A stretch of DNA of 64,000 nt, taken from NCBI RefSeq assembly GCF_009914755.1, contig NC_060935.1. One strand, 5' to 3'. The notes beneath the pieces are model-generated. The model did no database searches. It saw nothing but the letters and a program-made list of their open reading frames with translations, and was not told the DNA's origin. The position numbers and the translations under genes were made by a program. This stretch comes from the human T2T-CHM13v2.0 reference genome, Homo sapiens. Of this stretch, positions 55,686-64,000 are shown piece by piece (position 1 is the first letter of the stretch; each line of letters opens with the position of its first letter).

Positions 55686-58260
55686 TAGATCACCTAGGTG
55701 CTGGGACAAGTTAGCCTGTGTGATCAAGGGAGGCTAACCAAATGTAATTGATAATATGAGATCCGAGTGAGTGAAAAGGGTTTTGACAGGGGAGCTAGTA
55801 ATGAGGGCAGGAGAGTAGAGTAGGGTGAGGAGATGACAGAAGGTTAAGGAAATGTTCCAGGCATGGTCAGCTGCTGTGGTGTTTCATCTGCTTGGCGGAC
55901 TGAGGACCAAATTAGGGCACTGCAAAGTAGGGAAACTAAAAAGAAAAATTAAAAAAGGATAAAAAACCCCCACATAATTAAGCTTCCATTAATTTATCCA
56001 CAATCTGCAATCAGAAAATGTAGGATAAAAAGTTATTTTAATTTTAATATAAATAAAAAATAAAACTGTTTTGAATTATATTTGAAACAGAGTTTAGGAA
56101 TCAGTAAACATCATAATACTGCCTCAGAGAATAGAATGAGAGAAGGCTCAGACCTGAGCCAAACCATGCCATGTTTAGGAAACTGAAAATGAGCTCTGTA
56201 TGACTGAAGGGGAGAGAGTAGAAATAAATGTTTCTCCACCTAAAGCAGTCGCAAGGCCAGATTTCTGAGGACCTGGGAAGCCAAAGAATTGAAAGCAGGA
56301 TAATGTCCTGACCAGATTTGTGTTATAATGGTTGTCTATCTATCTGTCTGATATATGAGTTCCTTGAGAGTAGATACTACACCTTCTCATCTCAACATTG
56401 GAACATAGTATCTGACACATACTAGGCACTAAATGATAATTTAATAAAATTGCTATATTAATGAGAACAATAGTAATCATGATAAATAATAAAAATAAAT
56501 TATTACAATGATTAATAACACATTTTGAGTGAGTGCAAATGTGCTAAGACCTTTTTATGGATCAATACTGGGTTATCTTATTTTACAACATAGACTTATA
56601 AAGCAGTATAACGATTTTCTCCACATTAAAAGCAAAAAACAGAGGTGATGTAGTCTAAGGTCACACGATTGGTGACAGAGCTGAGCTTTGGACCAAGGTT
56701 GTCTGGTTGTCTGGTTGGACCAAGGTTGTCTGGTTCCAAATACTTTCAGTTGAACCAATGCTATGTTGACTCTTAATGGACAGGTAGATGTAGGCAAGTG
56801 TGTAACATACTTAAGTCCTGGGACAGTACAATTAGAATAGACAACCAGTCAAAATGAGCATTGATCATTATGCCCTTCTTGTATCCACTGATTGTTAAGC
56901 CTTGGCTGGTGAATGGTTTAAATGTCTGGAGTGTGCACTAAAAAAGAGTCCGAAGCTCTTCTGTGTTCCATTTTCTGCAGCTGTGTGTAGAAGATCAGCC
57001 TGCACTTGTGTCTGTGAGCATGAACCAGTGCCCCTCAGACTGGAATTCCTAGCATGGATAGTAAGATTTTCACATTTATTTCCCTGTAACAGCCTGGACG
57101 TCTGTTTTTGCTTCTGTATCTTGAAAGCTTCTATTTAAATTGTGCATTTTTTCCCACGGAGTCTCATACATTATGTGGCACATTTATCTGGGACTGTTAA
57201 GATTTCCCCCCTAACCCATTGAGGTATTTATGGGGGAAGATTATGCTTCTATTAGTCCAGAAAATACCTAAAAAGAGAGCATATTTTCTCAGGTTCTTTA
57301 TGAACTTCTGGGAAAAAATGCATCTTTCCAGATTTTCCTAGGGATCTAGAATCTTGTGACATGAGAAGAAGAAAAAAATTAAACAGGATAATTAAATTTT
57401 CTGCTCTGTAGCAACTCTAACGGGAATAGTTAACTCGTCCCCTTCTTCCATACAGCAGGACTTTGTAAGGTAATGGCCTCTTGATACAGCCTCTTATGCC
57501 AAGAAACATGTTTAAATAGTTGTCCTTGAAATTTACCAAGCTTCCAAGCTCACCATTAATTGTGAAACGCTGTATTAATGACAAAGCTGAAAGCCATTTA
57601 TGAGTGTCCACAGCTTAAATAGAAGCTGTCTGTCAAACATGGTTAATTCTCCACCACAGTGGTAAACATGCTGGTAGCAGTTTTAGGACAGAGCAGACTA
57701 GTATCTCTGTAAGCTAGCAAGGGACACACAAGGGACTCATAAAGTTTTGTAGTCTTCCTTTAGTCACTTCCTCTTAAGTTGTCATTTTCTGTGACTATGC
57801 ACAGGTTAGCAACAGCTCCCAGGAAATTCAGGGGAGGGCCTGGGCCCTCAATCAGAAAACCACTGCACTACCTTCAGTGAATGTAGTAACTCAGCAACCC
57901 CTTTCCTATTTGGGTTCCGTGTCTCGTGATTGCTGTGAAACCGGCAAATGGCAGCTGAGCAAACTCAGCTGTTAATGATCCGTTAACAACAACACTTCTT
58001 CCTTACTCTGGCTCTATGCAAAGTTGTCCTACAGCTGTTTAGGGCTCAAATTGCTCTTGAATGAGAATTGAAATTGCAGTTCATCTATAGAATTATCTTT
58101 TGGGGAAGAAAGAGTGAAGATAGACTGAAAATATGTTGCCTTTTACAATTTGTTATTTGGAGCACAAAGGGTTAACAGGACACAGCTGTAGGGAGTTCTC
58201 CCCTAGGAATTTGCTTTTCTGCTGGGTAAATGACTCTCACCAGGTGACTTCTAGGCTCCT

Positions 58261-58550
58261 TATAAAGGCTGTTTTTCTCAAATCTGGTAGTTCTCCTATT
58301 CCTGAATTTTTTCCCTATGTTTTCTCCTGGCAGAAGAGGACCTCTTTGTCCAGGGGCAGGGCTGATCAGGGGCTGATTCCGCAGCTATAGTAGTACAGAA
58401 CCTTTCTGCAAGTAAGTTAGTGAGGTTGAGATAACTCTCTCTCACTTGCTTTGCATTAATAGATTCTCTGCTGTGTGGGATGATCCTTCAAATAGCAGGG
58501 GGCAGGATCAAATAACCTCACCTTCCAGACCCAAGAATTCTGTGCACAAG
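58261..58550 (+). promoter_or_regulatory. MMP26: TATA promoter plus non-coding first exon; candidate 5' exon of OR51F5P and, as I recall, the far-distal first exon annotated for MMP26
   Basis: TATAAA at 58261-58266; donors CAA|GTAAGT (58411) and AAG|GTCAGT (58550); O/E-like TCCCCTAGGA at 58199-58208. The MMP26 link is from memory of the locus and cannot be seen in the window. Confidence 0.45.
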
Positions 58551-59212
58551 GTCAGTGTTGTAGTGCATTGAAGACAGTTATAAATAAATTAGGTACTGTA
58601 TAACCTTCAGATAGTATATGAAACAAACGCGGAAGTATTCAGAGTAAATGTGAGCATGAACTCAGTAGTGTATTTTCATACGTTATGTCAACTCAAAAAT
58701 ATCGTTGTAGCGTTCAAAATAGTTATTCCAAATATAGACTACAGTCATCAGCATGTGTTTGTTCATGCCACAGTAAAAAAAGAAAAAAAAATTTAAATAA
58801 GGAGTTTGCGAGAGCATGGCGTTTGGAGTAAGAACAGAGCTCAATTCCTGAATCTGCCATTGGCTTGTTGGGTGAATTTGAGAACGTCGTATGTTTCCTC
58901 TGAGACTCGATTATCTAATCTTACCCTGCTTTCTCACCCATAAAGGGGAGTTATTAATACCCAATAATGGTGTTGTGATAGTAATGAATGTGAAGCATTG
59001 TTGTGAGGGCTGTCTATTTAGATGTTCCTGGTAGTCTGGTAATAGGGATGTTTAAGTTATAGGCTCTGTCATGGAAGAATTCTCAGTGGGGGAGAAAGAG
59101 ACACTTAAAGAGAACTGTTTAAGAAGAGTTTAATATTTGCTCATTAGTTTTAGCGCAGGACAACTCAAGACTGGTTTAAGAATCACAGAATTTTTTTTAA
59201 AAAGCTATTATT

Positions 59213-59452
59213 GGCCGGGAGCAGTGGCTCACGCCTGTAATCCCAGCACTTTGGGAGGCTGAAGTGGGCAGATCACGAGGTCAGGAGATCGAGACCATCC
59301 TGGCCAACATGGTGAAACCCCATCTCTACTAAAATACAAAAAATTAGCTGGGTGTGGTGGCATGTACCTGTAGTCCTAGCTACTCGGGAGGCTGAGGCAA
59401 GGGAATTGCTTGAACCTGGGAGGAGTAGGTGATTGTGCCATTGCACTCCAGC
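59213..59452 (+). mobile_element. AluSc-like, 3'-truncated, no poly(A) tail
   Basis: The dimer ends at gcactccagc and runs into a G-rich tract. Confidence 0.88.
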
Positions 59453-59799
59453 TCCAGGAGCAGGGATGGTGGGGGCGGGTGGTGGTGGTGGTGGTGGGGG
59501 GAGCTGTTCTTGGACCCATGTTTGCTAATAGAGTTCCCTCTGTTACAAGAATCCTATTACGTTTCGCTTTGATTGCAGGAGTTGAAGAAAGATTCTATGA
59601 GCTATGTACAGTGGAAAGGGGGACTCAGATTCAGTGAAGTAAATTGTTTGGCACGTAGAAGGCATTAAATACATTACCACTAATTTTATTAGAGAGAAAT
59701 ATAGCCAAGTACTTAATCTGTTGGGTTTTTCTTTTATGTTTTATTTTTATTTTTGCTGTTTACAATATAGCTATTCTATTTATTTTTATTGTGATAAAA

Positions 59800-60130
<331 letters not shown>

Positions 60131-63074
60131 GAACACTTAACATGAGATTTACTCTAACTTTTAATAGCACAATACAGTATTGTTAACTATAAGTAAAATG
60201 TTGTATATCAGATCTCTGGAACTAATTCTTCTTTAGTAACTGAAACTTTATACCTGTTTAACAGCATCTCCCCCATTTTTCCCTCTCCCTAGTCTGTTGC
60301 AATCACCATTCTAGTTTCTGTTTCTATGAGTTTGGCTAAGAGATACTTCACATATAAGTGGAATCATGAAGTATTTCATTTCAGGTTCATCCATGTTGTA
60401 GCATGTGTCAGAATATTACTGCTTTTAAGGTTGAATAGTATTCTATTACATGTATGTCTTGTGCTTTCTTTATGCATTCATTTGTTGATGGACATTTAGG
60501 TTGTTTCCATATGTTGGCTATTGTGACTAATTCTGCAATGAATATGGAAGTGCAGATACCTCTTTGACTAACTGATTTCCTTTCCTTTGGATATATACTC
60601 AGAGTGGATGTGCTGTTTTTCACAGTGGTTGCATGATTTTACATTCTCTCCAACTGTGTACAATAGGTCCAATTTCTTCTCATTCTTGTCAACACTTGCT
60701 ATTGTTTTTTATAATAAGTATTTTCATAGCTATGAGGTTATATCTCACTGTGATTTTGATGATTTTGATTCACATTTATGTGATTAGTAATGTTGAGCAT
60801 CTTTTTATATTTGTTGGCCATTTGTATGTTTTGTTTGGAGAAATCTCTATTCAAGTCCTTTGTCCCTTTTTAAATTGAGTTATTTGTGTTTTTGCTACTG
60901 AGTTGTAGGAGTTCCTTATATATTTTGAATATTAACCCCTAATCAGGTATTTGGTTTGCAAATTGGGTTTATTTACTATAATAAAAAGAACATTAAATTG
61001 AGAGGCTGCTTCCTCATTTTTAAAATAAAGAGTGTATGACCTTGAGGTCATTACTTGCTCTCCACTTCAACTGGGAAAATAAATGTTTTTATCACTAGGT
61101 CCAAATCTGAGCAAAGTCCTTGTCTCAAAGATAAATATCAGATTATTGAGAAAACTGCTTGTTTTCCTCCTATGTTGAAATATGTTTTTATGATTGCATG
61201 AATTTAACTTATAATTTGAGGGGGCCACATATCGGGAATCACACATATGTGGAAATATTAAGCACTGGGGTTTATCACTATTTTCAGAAGCAGTTCATTC
61301 ATTCATTTAATAGATACTTTTAGATGCTGTTGTGCTAGCCATTTTTTCTGGCTCTGAGATCGTAGGTCTGAGAAAAAATGGTCCTTATATTTTCCTGGGA
61401 GTCATTTTTGCCTTAGTGGCCATGTCTCCTCAGTTTCATCAGAGGACGCTTCTTCTGGTCTTTTCTTTAAATACTGCTGTTCCCCAGCACTCTGTCCTCA
61501 GACTTCATTTCCCTTAGATTTATTACTCTAAGATATTTTTCACTGATCCTGTGACTTCAACCATAGACATTAGTTTCACAACTCTCAAGCCCTATTATCA
61601 GGGCAGGAGTCATTTTCCCTAGGATGCAGAAGTAGGTACATGTCCCGATTCTCGTATGTAAAGTCACAGGTGAAAAAGTGAAGCTTATCTTCCAACTGAG
61701 ATCCAAGGCTTGACTCGAAGATCCATAGCTTTTGTTTTGTCTTGCATTGCCTCTCAATTCAAAATTTCCAGCCACTATCTTTCTTTGTGTGTGTGTGAGA
61801 ACTCAAAGAGGCTTCCTGTATTGAACATTTTTCCTTCTTCTCAAATACCTAGAGAAATGCCCTCTTGAACACACTTCCTGTAACCAGTTATTCTTACTGA
61901 TGTCTAAGCTCCTGTCTTTTCATTCAGGGGGTTGCAATGAAGATAACTAAGTTAACCTATACTCAAATATTTTCTTTCTCAGGGTCAGACCTTCTTAAAG
62001 TAGCAAGTCTAATTCTAATGCACACACTAACACTGTAGGTATTTAATTTTTTTGAGTAAATACATGCATGAGTAAGTAAAAGGGGAACATAAATATGTTA
62101 AAAACCAAACATTCTTTCTATAGATAAAAACAGTGTCAGAAAACTTAAGACAAGAAGCAATATACAGAAACATTTTCAATCCTACAGATTTATGGATCTG
62201 GGTGAGCATACACTTAGATCTCCAGAGAAAACCTCCTTCCCCCAGCCAATCTATTCTCAATGCCCTTTTGCAGAAATGGAAAATCAAGAAACTTGCTCAG
62301 GTAAATACTCCAGTTATTATCCATGACTTTCCAATGAATTCCTTTGTTCTTGTTAAGGTTATTTAAGCCATCTTTTTTCAGGCAGAATATCCTTTGAACA
62401 TAATCAACTTCTCAATTATTACATGTATAAACAAACCTTTTTTCTACTGTCACCCACTGTGGTCCATTTAGATTTAATTGTTTCTTTCCTGGTACTTAGT
62501 TTTATTTATTTATTTTTTTCACTCAACAGCTATTGTGTATTCATTTGATCAGGAGTATTTTACTAGAAAATGTTTAATATTATCTTATTCTCTTACTTTC
62601 ATTGGGTCACATGGACTTATAAACTTTAATGCACCTTAGGGTTTTTGCCGCAGAAACTGAGAAGTGAAGAAAAGCAGGGTGAATTTCCTGTTGTGTTTCT
62701 TATGGCTGTCCGGAAATATCCCATCTGCCCGTGTACATACAGTCATAGAAATGGGAAACATTTTCTATTATTGAAACTAATCTCCTGTTTTATATATGTA
62801 TATATAAGTATCCTGAAGCCTAGATGTAATATAATGGGAATCTTGCTAAAAACCAGGTTTCTTTACACATTTTAGTGTCTGTGTCCTCTCCTAGTTCATT
62901 CAAGAACACATATAAGAAAACAGTAAGTGGCTATGCATTTTCATTGAAGAATAGGATGTGGTTCTCTAGTGATCACAAATTGTATGGTGTATAGAAGAAA
63001 GTCAAAATGCTTTTCTTCTCCATTATTACAGGACATAGTTCTTTTCCTCAAAGACATCTGCTTCTTCGCTCATC

Positions 63075-64000
63075 ATGCCATCCTTCAACCAGAGTATTTT
63101 CCACCCTGCAGTCTTCTTCCTTACTGGCATCCCTGGCCTTGAAACCCGTCAGATCTGGACCTCCATCCCATTCTGTTGTCTCTATGTCATTGCTATCTCT
63201 GGGAATGGCATGATCCTGTTTGTCATCATCACTGAGTCAAGCCTCCATGAACCCATGTATTATTTTCTCTCCATGCTATCCTTCATGGACCTAGGTCTGT
63301 GTCTTTCTACATTGACCACCATGCTGGGTATTTTCTGGTTCAATGCTCGAGAAATCAGTTTTGATGCCTGCATTGGCCAAATGTTCTTTATCCATGGCTT
63401 CACATTCATGGAGTCCTCAGTACTTTTGGCAATGGCCTTTGACCGCTTTATTGCCATCTGTAACCCACTGAGATATGCCACAATCTTAACCAATTCACGG
63501 ATTATTAAAGTGGGCTTTGCAATTGTTCTTAGGGGAACAACAGCTCTAGTGCCTCTACTCCTGCTCCTTAAGCGCCTCTCCTTCTGCCGTAGTCATGTGC
63601 TCCACCATTCCTACTGCTTCCACCCTGATGCGATGAAGCTCTCATGCACAGACACATGGATCAACAGTGCATTTGGCCTGGCCATTGTTATCTCTACTGC
63701 TGGCTTAGACTCTGTCTTGATCCTCATCTCCTATGTTCTGATCATCCGCTCTGTGCTCTGCATTGCCTCCCCAGAGGAGCAGAAAAAGGCTTTTGGTACC
63801 TGTGTCTCTCACATCAGTGCAGTTGCCATCTTCTACATCCCCATGATCAGTTTGTCACTAGTGCACAGATTTGGAAAGCATGCCCCTCCCCTTGTGCACA
63901 TGCTCATTGCCAATGTTTATCTGCTTATCCCTCCTGTAATGAATCCCATAATCTACAGTGTAAAGACCAAGTAAATTCGCAAGGCTGTGCTCAAAGCATT
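63075..64000 (+). pseudogene. OR51F5P: OR51F-like gene with a premature stop after TM7; 299-aa ORF, ancestral frame runs off the window
   Basis: Seven TMs intact, then ...SVKTK-TAA-IRKAVLKA, where paralogues read KTKQIR or KTKEIR (likely CAA>TAA at 63972). Acceptor ttttcttctccattattacag| at 63031. The symbol comes from remembered gene order. Confidence 0.85.

Noticed and set aside
56688-56737. Short tandem duplications (also about 9148-9187, 25132-25175, 28572-28599)
   Set aside because: Ordinary slippage duplications; there is no regular repeat-spacer array, so not CRISPR-like.

Overview
This is human (primate) genomic DNA from the class I (family 51) olfactory receptor cluster at 11p15.4, recognised from the OR51E1 and OR51E2 protein sequences. 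It has five OR loci: intact OR51E1 (+, 6045-7001), a frameshifted pseudogene (probably OR51A9P, -), intact OR51E2/PSGR (-, 35256-36218, distal first exon at about 51159-51352), a nested OR inside the OR51E2 intron (probably OR51C1P, -), and an OR truncated by one nonsense codon after TM7 (probably OR51F5P, +). The rest is mostly Alu, L1, L2, MIR, LTR and DNA-transposon remnants and microsatellites. The main finding is a shared-first-exon system. The nested OR has ACG where its ATG should be, but the only ATG in OR51E2 exon 1 (ATG GGC TCT|gtaagt) can splice in frame onto a CAG acceptor inside it, giving a complete 312-aa receptor. When the same exon splices to OR51E2, that ATG opens a 20-codon uORF whose TGA overlaps the OR51E2 start (ATGA). 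A second ATG-free, O/E-site-rich candidate first exon lies 2.3 kb upstream of the OR51E2 coding exon, which suggests OR51E2 captured its neighbour's promoter. Pseudogene names, the MMP26 link and repeat subfamilies are from memory or by eye and were not checked by search. No prokaryotic features, tRNA, rRNA or CRISPR arrays were seen.
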